Assembly (NCBI GenBank): GCA_029007095.1
Contig: JAQXHF010000050.1
Location: 1,061-65,060 of the forward strand
Source: Clostridia bacterium
GTDB taxonomy: Bacteria > Bacillota > Clostridia > Oscillospirales > Acutalibacteraceae
Direction: 5' to 3'
DNA: 64,000 nucleotides
Part shown: positions 36,888 through 46,600 of the stretch, piece by piece
Layout of the letters: each line of letters opens with the position of its first letter
Numbering within the stretch: position 1 is the stretch's first letter
Made by a program: the position numbers and the translations under genes
The notes under the pieces: model-generated
The model's input: only the letters and a program-made list of their open reading frames with translations
The model's database searches: none
What the model was told of the DNA's origin: nothing

Positions 36888-38753
36888 TCACAATCTTTTT
36901 AAAATTATTGTTGACTTCGCGCCGATATCGACAAGATTATTTTTAACATAGGCGTTGCCGAGCATATCTTGCGCGTTACTCCATTCGCTCTTCATATAAT
37001 ATGTTATCGGGTGGGCGTTCATATTTGCAATCACAAGTATAGCTTCGCCGGAGTCGCTTCTGCTGTATGCGGTACAGCCTGCGACCGATGAAAGAATTTC
37101 AAATTTTCCCTCGGAAAAAAGAGGGTTATCTTTTCTTATTTTTCCGAGCTTGCGGTAATGCTCCGTAAGCTCGTTGTTTATGTTTTCCCATGGGAAAAAT
37201 CCACGGTTAAACGGATCTTTGTAGCCTTGCATACCTGCCTCGTCGCCGTAGTATATGCTCGGCACTCCCGGCAGAGTGAACTGAATGGTAGAGGCCGCTT
37301 TTAAAAGGTTCACACCCTCTCGGTATTGATACTCATTCAGCTTTTGCACGCTTTGCCAATATCTGTCTCTATACGCACAGCTTTCACCGGCAAGAGCCGT
37401 TATTGCCCGTACGGTATCGTGCGTTCCGATATGATTCATCAGCGAATCAAGAACCGGCTTTGGGTAGTTCTCAACAATTTTCATAATTGATTCTGCAAAT
37501 TTTTCCGCGTCGGAATTGCGAACAAAATCAAGGATAGCTTCGGCAAACGGATAATTCATAACGCTGTCGAGCTGTTGACCGAGCAAATATCTGCGGCGGT
37601 GAGAATAGCTGAATTTATTTGAAGCGTCCTCCCAAACCTCTCCGAGTACGAGCGCGTCAGGCTTCGCTTTTTTTACAGCTTGTCTGAAATTGTCGAGGAA
37701 GCAGTCGGGCAGTTCGTCCGCAACATCAAGCCGCCATCCCGAAGCACCGAGATTCAGCCATTTTGCGGCAATTCCGTCGTCGCCGTTGATATACTCGTTG
37801 AAATTCGGATTTTCCTCAACCACCTCAGGCAAAATATCTATGCCCCACCAGCTATGATAATCTTCGGGCCATGAATTAAACTTATACCAGCCGTAGTATT
37901 CCGAGCTTTGAGACTGATATGCACCCGTATCGGGGTATCGGCCGTATTTGTTGAAATAAACGCTGTCGTCGCCGGTGTGACTGAATACTCCGTCGAGAAT
38001 TATTCTTATTCCGAGCTTTTCCGCATGGGAGCAAAGACTCTTGAAATCATCTTCGTCTCCGAGCAGAGAGTCGATTTTTTTGTAATTTGCGGTATCATAT
38101 CTGTGATTACTCTGAGCTTCAAAAATAGGATTGAGATATATGCAGGTAACGCCAAGGTCTTTAAGATACGGCAGTTTTTGTTCGATTCCCTTTAAATCGC
38201 CGCCGAAATAATCGTTGTTTTGTATTTTGCCGTTTTCATCGGGACGCCAAAAAGGTTCGCCGTTTATATCTTTGCGGATGATTCTGTCCGGCGGAACATT
38301 AAGCTTTTCTTCACCCGAATTATTAAATCTGTCCGGGAAAATCTGATAAAATACTCCGCCCTTTATCCAATCGGGAGTTGAAAAATTTCTGTCGAATACA
38401 GTAAGCTGCCAATCGTTTCCGTTGTCACATATTCTGCCGGTGCTGTCACCGAAGTTGAAAATTCTTCCGTTGCCCCAGATAGTATCGTATTCAAAATGGT
38501 ACTCGTAAAGTCCTGTTTCGGCAGGCGTAAAAATAATTTTCCACCATTCTTCGCTGTCACCCTGCATACAGTCCCAGTACATATTTATTTTGTCATAATA
38601 ATCGCGGCTGTCGGATTTTATTACAAGCCGTGCCGCCGTGCACCTGAATTCGCGGGGTAAAATGATTCTGAATGTCACGCTCTGAGAGTCCCTAACTGCA
38701 CCGAAAGGGTATTTATGATAATCTAATCTTGAATTATAAGGAATGTACTGCAT
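36888..38753 (-). CDS. GH13 alpha-amylase-family enzyme (neopullulanase/cyclomaltodextrinase-like), cytoplasmic
   Basis: VFYQIFPDRF, DGVFSHTG, GWRLDVADE, LGEVWED, HIGTHD (GH13 regions I-IV). N-terminal CBM34-like domain. No signal peptide. Confidence 0.85.
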   Translation of the reverse strand: MQYIPYNSRLDYHKYPFGAVRDSQSVTFRIILPREFRCTAARLVIKSDSRDYYDKINMYWDCMQGDSEEWWKIIFTPAETGLYEYHFEYDTIWGNGRIFNFGDSTGRICDNGNDWQLTVFDRNFSTPDWIKGGVFYQIFPDRFNNSGEEKLNVPPDRIIRKDINGEPFWRPDENGKIQNNDYFGGDLKGIEQKLPYLKDLGVTCIYLNPIFEAQSNHRYDTANYKKIDSLLGDEDDFKSLCSHAEKLGIRIILDGVFSHTGDDSVYFNKYGRYPDTGAYQSQSSEYYGWYKFNSWPEDYHSWWGIDILPEVVEENPNFNEYINGDDGIAAKWLNLGASGWRLDVADELPDCFLDNFRQAVKKAKPDALVLGEVWEDASNKFSYSHRRRYLLGQQLDSVMNYPFAEAILDFVRNSDAEKFAESIMKIVENYPKPVLDSLMNHIGTHDTVRAITALAGESCAYRDRYWQSVQKLNEYQYREGVNLLKAASTIQFTLPGVPSIYYGDEAGMQGYKDPFNRGFFPWENINNELTEHYRKLGKIRKDNPLFSEGKFEILSSVAGCTAYSRSDSGEAILVIANMNAHPITYYMKSEWSNAQDMLGNAYVKNNLVDIGAKSTIILKRL

Positions 38754-38756
38754 AAC

Positions 38757-39086
38757 TTAATCAATACTTTCTTTTGCGTTGTCTGTAATTTCGTCCGCCT
38801 TAACGGTAACCTGATTTTCAAAGTATTTCTCGTCAATGTATTGTTTTGTTGTAGAGGTTTCTTCGGCGTTATAAGGCGCTTCCGATATTTCGAGAACGGC
38901 GTCGGTAACGATGAAGCTGACAAAAGCAATAACAAGCATAAATGCGGCTATTATGATATATTTCAGCACGGACATACCTCGTTTTTGCTTATCGGTGCTG
39001 ATGAAATATTTTTTGTTATCGCTGTATGAGGTTCTGAATTCGGTACAGCTTTTTCTTCTTTTGTTAAGTTTGTTTTCAGCTTTCAT
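38757..39086 (-). CDS. Small single-pass membrane protein, unknown function
   Basis: ATG 39086 follows GAGGAC. One TM segment (VLKYIIIAAFMLVIAFVSFIV). The ORF-track start at 39200 would overlap the divergent gene. Confidence 0.4.
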   Translation of the reverse strand: MKAENKLNKRRKSCTEFRTSYSDNKKYFISTDKQKRGMSVLKYIIIAAFMLVIAFVSFIVTDAVLEISEAPYNAEETSTTKQYIDEKYFENQVTVKADEITDNAKESID

Positions 39087-39177
39087 AACGGTCCTCACAA
39101 TTATATACAAGCAATTAACCGAGTTCATCGGCATATAATGAAGTGTAACGGGTAAAATCGGAAAGGGAGTGACAGAC

Positions 39178-39702
39178 TTGGAAATACAGTCAATCGGCAA
39201 GGATAAATTTGCGGTTGCGCTTAGCAGGTCGGATATGATAGGTTTAGATATAACCTACGACGGATTAGACGGCACAAATGCTCAGACGAAAAGAGTTATA
39301 CTGATAATTCTTGACGCGGTGCGCCGCAAAACCGGCAGAGAAGTGGATCCGACAGCAAGTATTCTCATAGAGGCCGTGCCGACAGGCGATTATGGCTGTC
39401 TGCTTATTTTTACTCTGCCTGCGCAGACTTCCGGCAAAGGAGCTAAGCTTTCAAGGCGAAAAACGGTTCGCATTGCCGAGTTTGAAAACATCGACGCCTT
39501 ACTCGATGTGTTGAATGTTTTAGACGATAAAACTCAGATAGGCGGTATTTATACCAACGGAAAAAAATATCGAGCTGAATTTCCGGCATTGAGTTCCGCA
39601 CAAATGCTGAGAATTATCGGTGAATACGGCAAGGTATTTGTAAAAAACGAGCTTGTCGAAGCGTACACCAAGGAGCATTGGGAAAGGTTAAATCCTCTGT
39701 AA
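39178..39702 (+). CDS. mecA: MecA-like adaptor protein
   Basis: (M)EIQSIGKDKFAVALSRSDMIGLDITYDGLD... and the C-terminal ...IIGEYGKVFVKNELVEAYTKEHWERL resemble MecA N- and C-terminal domains. TTG 39178 lies 8 nt after AAAGGGAG. Confidence 0.55.
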   Translation: MEIQSIGKDKFAVALSRSDMIGLDITYDGLDGTNAQTKRVILIILDAVRRKTGREVDPTASILIEAVPTGDYGCLLIFTLPAQTSGKGAKLSRRKTVRIAEFENIDALLDVLNVLDDKTQIGGIYTNGKKYRAEFPALSSAQMLRIIGEYGKVFVKNELVEAYTKEHWERLNPL

Positions 39703-40335
39703 ATTTCTGATGATTTCGGCAGGATTTTCGCTGCCGTAAACCGCGCTGCCTGCCACGAGTACCGTTGCGCCCGCATTAACGGCGTCGGGAGCGGTAGTCA
39801 TAGATATACCACCGTCAACCTCGATAGGGATATTTATGTTTCTTCGCTTGCACTCGTTACTGATGGCAGAAATTTTAGGAAGCATATCCGACATAAATTT
39901 CTGACCGCCGAATCCCGGCTCAACAGTCATAATAAGCACCATATCGAGCCTGTCGAGAAACGGAAAAACCGCCTCGGCAGGTGTTTTCGGTTTTAAGGTA
40001 AGTCCGACTTTGCAGCCGAGAGACTTGATTTTATCAATAGTATCTTCGATAGGGGACTGACATTCAATATGAAAATTTATTATATCGGCTCCGGCTTTTG
40101 CAAAATCCTCTGCATATTTAAGCGGTTCGCTTATCATAAGATGGCAGTCGAATGTTTTATCGGTAAAAGGTCTTATGCTTTTGACAATCGGCGCGCCAAA
40201 AGTAATATTTGGTACGAAGTGGCCATCCATAATATCAATATGAATCCAATCTGCACCCCAAAGGTCAGTTTTTTTAATTTCGGTTCCGAGCTGCGAAAAG
40301 TCACAGGACAGGATTGACGGTGCAACTTTAATCAT
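39688..40335 (-). CDS. rpe: Ribulose-phosphate 3-epimerase
   Basis: MIKVAPSILSCDF...HIDIMDGHFVPNITFG...VDGG. Confidence 0.95.
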   Translation of the reverse strand: MIKVAPSILSCDFSQLGTEIKKTDLWGADWIHIDIMDGHFVPNITFGAPIVKSIRPFTDKTFDCHLMISEPLKYAEDFAKAGADIINFHIECQSPIEDTIDKIKSLGCKVGLTLKPKTPAEAVFPFLDRLDMVLIMTVEPGFGGQKFMSDMLPKISAISNECKRRNINIPIEVDGGISMTTAPDAVNAGATVLVAGSAVYGSENPAEIIRNLQRI

Positions 40336-40497
40336 ACGGATTTACCCTCTTTTATGAAAATTTATAAAATACCATTTACTATTATACACCCGATATATAC
40401 AAAAATCAACGCAAACTGCAATTAGTTTTGAATTTAATGAATTTTCGTTTTACATATTCTTGTTTTTTTGATATAATACTCGTCGAGGTGCTAAAAT

Positions 40498-41220
40498 ATG
40501 AATAAATCCATAAACCGGACAGCCTTTTTAAAAGGATTTAAAGACGGCATACCGATAGGTCTTGGCTATTTTGCTGTTGCTTTTTCTCTTGGAATTGCTG
40601 CGCGAAGCGCGGGTATGAGTCCGTTGCAAGGCTTCTTGATGAGTATATTGAATAATGCGTCCGCAGGAGAATATGCTGCCGTTTCTGTTATAGCCGCAGG
40701 CGGCGCTTACATAGAAATGGCGATAATTACACTTGTGACAAATGCAAGGTATCTGCTTATGAGCTGCGCATTAAGTCAGCGTTTGTCCACTAATACCCGT
40801 CTTCCTCACCGATTGCTAATGGGCGCTGTTGTTACCGACGAGATTTTTGCCGTAACTATCTCACAGCCGGGATACGCTAACCCTTATTATACATACGGCG
40901 CTATTGTAATAGCGTCGCCGTTGTGGGCTGTCGGTACTGCATTTGGCATAGCGGCCGGCAATTTTTTACCGGCAAATATTGTGAGTGCTTTCAGCGTAGC
41001 GCTTTTCGGAATGTTCATTGCCGTACTTATTCCTCAGGCAAAAAAGGATAAAAAAATGGCTATCGTGATAATTGCAAGCTTTTTGCTTAGCTGGCTGTTC
41101 GCGGCTTTGCCTGCTGTGAAAGAAATGTCGGAGGGAACAAGGACGATTATACTGACGGTTGGTATTTCCGCCGTTGCCGCGCTGATTTTCCCCGTCGCGG
41201 AGGATGACAAAAATGAATAA
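40498..41220 (+). CDS. azlC: AzlC-family branched-chain amino acid exporter subunit
   Basis: FLKGFKDGIPIGLGYFAVAFSLGI...NARYLLMS. Paired with a downstream azlD. Confidence 0.85.
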   Translation: MNKSINRTAFLKGFKDGIPIGLGYFAVAFSLGIAARSAGMSPLQGFLMSILNNASAGEYAAVSVIAAGGAYIEMAIITLVTNARYLLMSCALSQRLSTNTRLPHRLLMGAVVTDEIFAVTISQPGYANPYYTYGAIVIASPLWAVGTAFGIAAGNFLPANIVSAFSVALFGMFIAVLIPQAKKDKKMAIVIIASFLLSWLFAALPAVKEMSEGTRTIILTVGISAVAALIFPVAEDDKNE

Positions 41221-41518
41221 TAATATCTATATCTATATTGCGGTTATGACTGTAATTACCTATGCGATAAGAGTTTTGCCGCTGACGGTTTTCCGTAAAC
41301 CTATTAAAAATAAATATATTCGCTCGTTCCTCTATTATGTGCCGTATGTCACTCTGTCGGTTATGACATTTCCGGCGATAATAAACGCAACGCAAAGTCC
41401 TGTTTCGGGAATCCTTGCTCTTGCGGTCGGAATAATCGTGGCATATTTCAAAGGAAATCTTTTCATAGTGTCGGTTTCGTGCTGTGCAATAGTTTTTGTA
41501 TCCGAGCTTATAATTTAA
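41213..41518 (+). CDS. azlD: AzlD-family subunit
   Basis: About 100-aa hydrophobic protein. ...TYAIRVLPLTVF... It overlaps the azlC stop. ATG 41213 follows GAGGA. Confidence 0.75.
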   Translation: MNNNIYIYIAVMTVITYAIRVLPLTVFRKPIKNKYIRSFLYYVPYVTLSVMTFPAIINATQSPVSGILALAVGIIVAYFKGNLFIVSVSCCAIVFVSELII

Positions 41519-41535
41519 AATACCAAACATAAAAT

Positions 41536-41587
41536 AATCCGCTTACTGCGATTCGGCTGTTCGCCGTTGAAATTCAGTAAGCGGATT
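41536..41587. terminator. Long-stem hairpin between convergent genes
   Basis: AATCCGCTTACTG...CAGTAAGCGGATT, a 13-bp perfect stem with a large loop. Flanked by A/T-rich runs. Confidence 0.5.
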
Positions 41588-41608
41588 TATATTTATAGAA
41601 ATAATTTA

Positions 41609-43075
41609 TTATTCCTTTGAAGCTGCTTTTATGTATTCGCGGAAGAAAATAACGGCTTCACCGAGCGTAGCTATGGGACAGCGCTCGTTTGTTGCGTGAG
41701 TCGTCTTGAACAGGCTTATAGAAACATCAAACGGCGCAAAGCGAAGAATATTATCACAGATATCCTGATAGAAATAGGCGTCTGTGCCTCCCATAACAAG
41801 ATATGGAACGGTAGCAACTTCGCCGGGGTGAAGTCCCTCCTCAACCTCTTTGATTGCATTGAATGCTCTCGAATATGTCGGTGAAAATTTGGACGCTTCT
41901 TTTGCTTTCATACGCTCGATTTCAATATCCTTGTAGCGTATAGATTTTTTAATATGCTTCTCAACATCGTCTACGCTGTCGCCTTGAAGTGGACGGAAGT
42001 TGACGGTTATACTCGGTCTTTGCGGCAACACATTCGGAGCAGGACTGCCCTCGCACATAGAAACGCTTGTTACGGTTCTTATCATACTTGATGATTCACC
42101 GATTCGGCTCATAACCGCTCTAACCAGCGGTTTGAATAAGGGGAAGTTACACATTACAACTCGTCCGAGATAGGACGCCTGTTTGCCAACTCCGCAGAAA
42201 AGCTCGTCAAGAAACGGAAGCCACCTTGTTTTGAACTGATGATTTTCGAGGTCTTTAACCATATTTGCAAGCTTTGCCATACCGCTGTGACGGGGCGAAG
42301 CCGAGGTGTGACCGCCCTTGTCGTGAGCGGTAATTTTAAAATCAACATAACCTTTTTCCGCCGTTCCGATTGCGGCGATATATGTATGAATTAAGCCGGG
42401 CATATCAAGTCTTATCAGCGCGCTGCCCTCGTCGAGAACGCTGTCAAGGTGAATTCCGCGCGATTTGAGTGTTTTCATTATGCTTTTTGCGCCCGAATTT
42501 TCCGGGGAAACAACTTCTTCATTGTGACCGAAGCAGAGATATACATCTCTCTGAGGGACAAAGCCCTCTGAGATAAGGCTATCGACAGCCTCCATCACGC
42601 ATATCAGATGATTTTTCATATCAAGAGCGCCTCTGCCCCAGATAAATTCGCCGTCGATGTATCCGTCAAAAGGCGGGTGAGTCCAGTCGCCCTCTGTTCC
42701 TTCGGCAACGGGGACTACATCCTGATGTGAAAGCAGAGCTATGGGATCAAGGTCGGGATTTTTGCCTTTCCAATGGTAAATTATGCTTGCTCCGTCAACG
42801 ATTTCTTTCTCGGTATTTTGTGCAATATTCGGATAGGTTTCTTCAAGAAAATCCCTGAATTTTTCAAATTCATTCCAATCCGTTTTACTCTCATCTGTAT
42901 GAGAAACGGTTTTGATTTGTATTGCACGGGACAGATGTTCCGCAACCTTTTTTTTGTCAACAGCAACTTTGTCTATTTTGACGGAGTTGTTCTTTTTAGG
43001 CTTGAAAAACGCCGCTCTGATAAGAGTGACGATTATAAATACCGCAAAAAGACAAAGCAAAATTTTCCACCACAT
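41609..43075 (-). CDS. M20-family metallopeptidase (carboxypeptidase-like), N-terminal membrane anchor
   Basis: ...LLSHQDVVPV...GRGALDMK...GHNEE... ATG 43075 gives the TM segment MWWKILLCLFAVFIIVTLI and avoids overlap with the upstream gene. Confidence 0.8.
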   Translation of the reverse strand: MWWKILLCLFAVFIIVTLIRAAFFKPKKNNSVKIDKVAVDKKKVAEHLSRAIQIKTVSHTDESKTDWNEFEKFRDFLEETYPNIAQNTEKEIVDGASIIYHWKGKNPDLDPIALLSHQDVVPVAEGTEGDWTHPPFDGYIDGEFIWGRGALDMKNHLICVMEAVDSLISEGFVPQRDVYLCFGHNEEVVSPENSGAKSIMKTLKSRGIHLDSVLDEGSALIRLDMPGLIHTYIAAIGTAEKGYVDFKITAHDKGGHTSASPRHSGMAKLANMVKDLENHQFKTRWLPFLDELFCGVGKQASYLGRVVMCNFPLFKPLVRAVMSRIGESSSMIRTVTSVSMCEGSPAPNVLPQRPSITVNFRPLQGDSVDDVEKHIKKSIRYKDIEIERMKAKEASKFSPTYSRAFNAIKEVEEGLHPGEVATVPYLVMGGTDAYFYQDICDNILRFAPFDVSISLFKTTHATNERCPIATLGEAVIFFREYIKAASKE

Positions 43076-43109
43076 TTTAATCAACCTTTCTTTTGTTACA
43101 TCATCGGAC

Positions 43110-43529
43110 TCAGTCCTCGTCGTAATCCTCCGTAGAGTAGTCGAAGTTTTTGTCAACCTCTACCTTACCGAATTTACGGTGCTTAGCGACAGACGGAGCT
43201 TCGCCATGATAAATATTATGAATAAAGCAAGTCCTGTGACTGCCGTTTTCGTGGCAAACATGACCAACCTGATCGACATATACGAGCAGGCTTTTTTTGT
43301 TATAGTCTGTATTCATTGAAACGAGCCGCTGGATATTTCCGTCTTTTGCTCCGAACATAACGGCGTCGTCCTTTTCCTCGTCGTAATACCATACCTTACG
43401 GGTTTTGAGCGTATATGCAAACGCGGCTTTATTCATATAACCTATCATAAGGACGATATTGCTTTTGTAATCGACGGCAGCGACGGGCATAAGCTCGTTT
43501 TCCTGCCAAAGTTCGCTTAAATTTATCAT
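43110..43529 (-). CDS. HisI (phosphoribosyl-AMP cyclohydrolase)-like protein with degenerate catalytic motifs and an acidic tail
   Basis: LMPVAAVDYKSNIVLMIGYMNKAAFAYTLKTRKVWYY...GNIQRLVSMNTDYNKKSLLVYVDQVGHVCHENGSHRTCF is collinear with the HisI core (LMPVIVQ...VLMLGYMN.EAL..TL..G...F.SR....W.KGETSGN......DCD.D.LL..V...G..CH.G..SCF). Confidence 0.6.
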   Translation of the reverse strand: MINLSELWQENELMPVAAVDYKSNIVLMIGYMNKAAFAYTLKTRKVWYYDEEKDDAVMFGAKDGNIQRLVSMNTDYNKKSLLVYVDQVGHVCHENGSHRTCFIHNIYHGEAPSVAKHRKFGKVEVDKNFDYSTEDYDED

Positions 43530-43602
43530 TTTAATCTCCGTTCCTGCAAAGGTAATAATTCCGATGGTTGGGATTATTGCCTTACAAAATTATTTGTGCT
43601 TA

Positions 43603-46600
43603 TTAAAACCCGAAAAAGCTGATTTGCGTACTCTGAGGTAATCCTTCAAGCGCGCCGCTTTGTTCCAGAGTTTCCATAACTGATTTGCTTATTCCTGCAC
43701 GCTGCTGCAAATCGTCACGGGACATATATTCTCCCTCGCCGTCATCGCGGGCTTTCATAAGTGAAATCGCGGCGGATTCGCCTGTTCCCGACATAGAGGC
43801 AAAGGGCAAGCGTATTTTTCCGTCCTCAATTTTGTAAACAGTCGCGTGGGATTTATACAAATCAACCGGCAGGAACTCGACTCCGCGAGCCATCATTTCG
43901 TTGACGACCTGCATAGCGACAAACATATTTTCTTCCTTTGCGGTTGCGTCCTTACCCTTTTCGGTGATGGACCGCATACAGCGCTTAACCGCGTCTCTTC
44001 CGTTCATTATAGCAACGGTGTCGAGATCTTCGCCGCGGACGGACATATAAGTTGCATAATATTCGGTAGGGTAATAAACCTTGTACCACGCGAGGCGCAT
44101 TGCGGCAATAACATATGCGGCGGCATGAGCCTTGGGGAACATATATTTTATCTTCATACAGGAGTCAATGTACCATTGCGGAACATTGTGCGATTTCATT
44201 GCATTGATGTGATCCTGCGTCAGAAGCTTTGTTGCGTTTCCTTTACGGACTATTTCCATAATCTTGAACGCCATATCGGGTTCAAGTCCTTTGTGCATCA
44301 GATACACCATAATGCTGTCACGAGTACCGATAACCTCGGAAATTGTGCAGGTTCCGTTTTTGATAAGGTCCTGAGCATTGCCGAGCCAAACATCGGTACC
44401 GTGAGAAAGTCCCGATATTTGAAGCATATCCGAAAAGTTTTTTGGCTTTGCGTCAAGCAGCATCTGACGGACAAACGGCGTACCAAGCTCAGGCAGGGAT
44501 AGCGTTCCCGTTTCGCAGGAAATCTCATCGGCAGTTACGCCTAAGGGTTCGGGGGAGGTAAGAAGCTGATAAAGCTTAGGATCGCAGACATCTGCTTCAA
44601 ATACTTTAACTCCGGTAAGATCTTCAAGATGCTTATAAAAGGTCGGAACATCATGACCGAGATTATCGAGCTTCAGGATTGTATCGTGAAGCGAATGGAA
44701 ATCAAAGTGAGTTGTCCTGAGTCCGCCGCTTACATCGTCTGCCGGGTGCTGTATCGGAGTGAAATCCTCCGCGTCATTATCAGCAGGGATAACAACCATT
44801 CCTCCGGGGTGCTGACCTGTTGTGCGCTTAACTCCGACGCAGCCTTTGGCGAGCCTTTCTTCCTCGGCTCGGTTCACGGTAAGTCCGTTGACTTCGAGCC
44901 ATTTTTTGACAAATCCGTAAGCTGTCTTTTCTGCAACTGTGCCGATTGTTCCGGCTTTGAAGGTATGGTCTTCACCGAAAAGCTCCTCTGTGTAACGGTG
45001 AGCGTAGAATTGGTACTCACCGCTGAAATTAAGGTCGATATCGGGCTGTTTGTCGCCTTTAAATCCAAGGAAAGTTTCAAACGGAATATCGTGTCCGTCA
45101 CGGTGCATGGGAATTCCGCAGTTAGGACAATTCTTCGGCGGCAGGTCGAAGCCTGAGCCTACCGAACCGTCTTCAAAAAATTCACTGTGCTTGCACTTTT
45201 CGCAAACATAATGCGGAGGGAGGGGATTTACTTCGGAAATACCTGCGGCGTGAGCTACAAACGACGAGCCGACGCTGCCTCGCGAACCGACATAGTATCC
45301 GTGTTCTTCGGAGTTCTGAACGAGCTTCTGCGCGATCATATACAAAACGCCGAATCCGTTGGAAATTATGGATTTAAGCTCCTTGTCAAGTCGTGCGGCA
45401 ACATTTGGCGGAACAGGATCGCCGTAGTCGCGTTTAGTCCTCTCCCAGCAAATTCTCGTAAGGTCCTCGTCTGCGCCGTCAAGGCTCGGAGGGAAAGTAC
45501 CTCTCGGAAACGGAGTCATATCCGCTTCGCAGAGGTCTGCTATTTTATTGGTATTTGTAATTACGACTTCGCGAGCCGTTTCTTCACCGAGGTAAGCAAA
45601 TTCGGCAAGCATTTCGTCGGTAGTCCTGAAAAACAACGGAGCTTGCTGCGACGCGTCCTTAAATCCCATTGAAGTCATAAGAATTTCTCTGTAAACCGAG
45701 TCGCCGGGATCTCTGAAATGCACATCACAGGTAGCAACGGTCAGCTTGCCGAGCTTGTCCGCAATGCGAATGAGCTTCTTGTTAAGCTCTTCCAAGTCCT
45801 CGACAGTTTTGAAACGCTCATAGCGCTCATCGTTGCTTCTGAGCATAAACGAGTTGTTGCCGGTCGGCTGAATTTCAAGATAATCATAAAAATCGGCTAT
45901 CTTTAAAAGCTCATCATCGCTTTTTCCGTCAACCATTGCGTGGTAAAGCTCTCCGGCCTCACACGCGCTTCCTATAAGAAGCCCCTCGCGGTATTGCATA
46001 AGCCTGTGACGGGGAATCCTCGGTCTGCGCTTGAAAAATTTAAGATTTGAATCGGTTATAAGTTTATAAAGATTTTTAAGTCCCTGAGTATTCTTAGCAA
46101 GTATAATTATATGATAGGTTTTCTCGGCTCTGACCTCGTCTGCATATTCATCGGGTATTTCGTCATCAATTCCGAAACCGTATTTGTCGTAGAAAGCGTC
46201 ATCGTTTACGAGGTAGCCTTCCATGCCGTAGATTATTTTGATACCTGCCTTTGCGGCGGTATTGCAAGCCTCCGGGAAAGACTGAACAACGCCGTGATCG
46301 GTTATGGCGATTGCCTTGTGTCCCCAAGCGGCGGCTCGGCTGACTAAATCCTTTGCGCTTGATATTCCGTCCATAGCGGACATATTTGTATGCAGGTGAA
46401 GCTCGACTCTCTTTTCCTGAGAGGTATCCTGCTTTTCGATTTTTTCGATTTGGGTTACGGCTTTTGCGTCAAGGATATATGTGTGCATATAACTGTCCAT
46501 AGTTATCGCACCTCGGATGAGCACGGTCATACCGTCCTTTATCGAGTTTACAAAGTCTTCGCATTTTTGCTTATTGCCGAAAACCTTGACGGGGTAGGAG

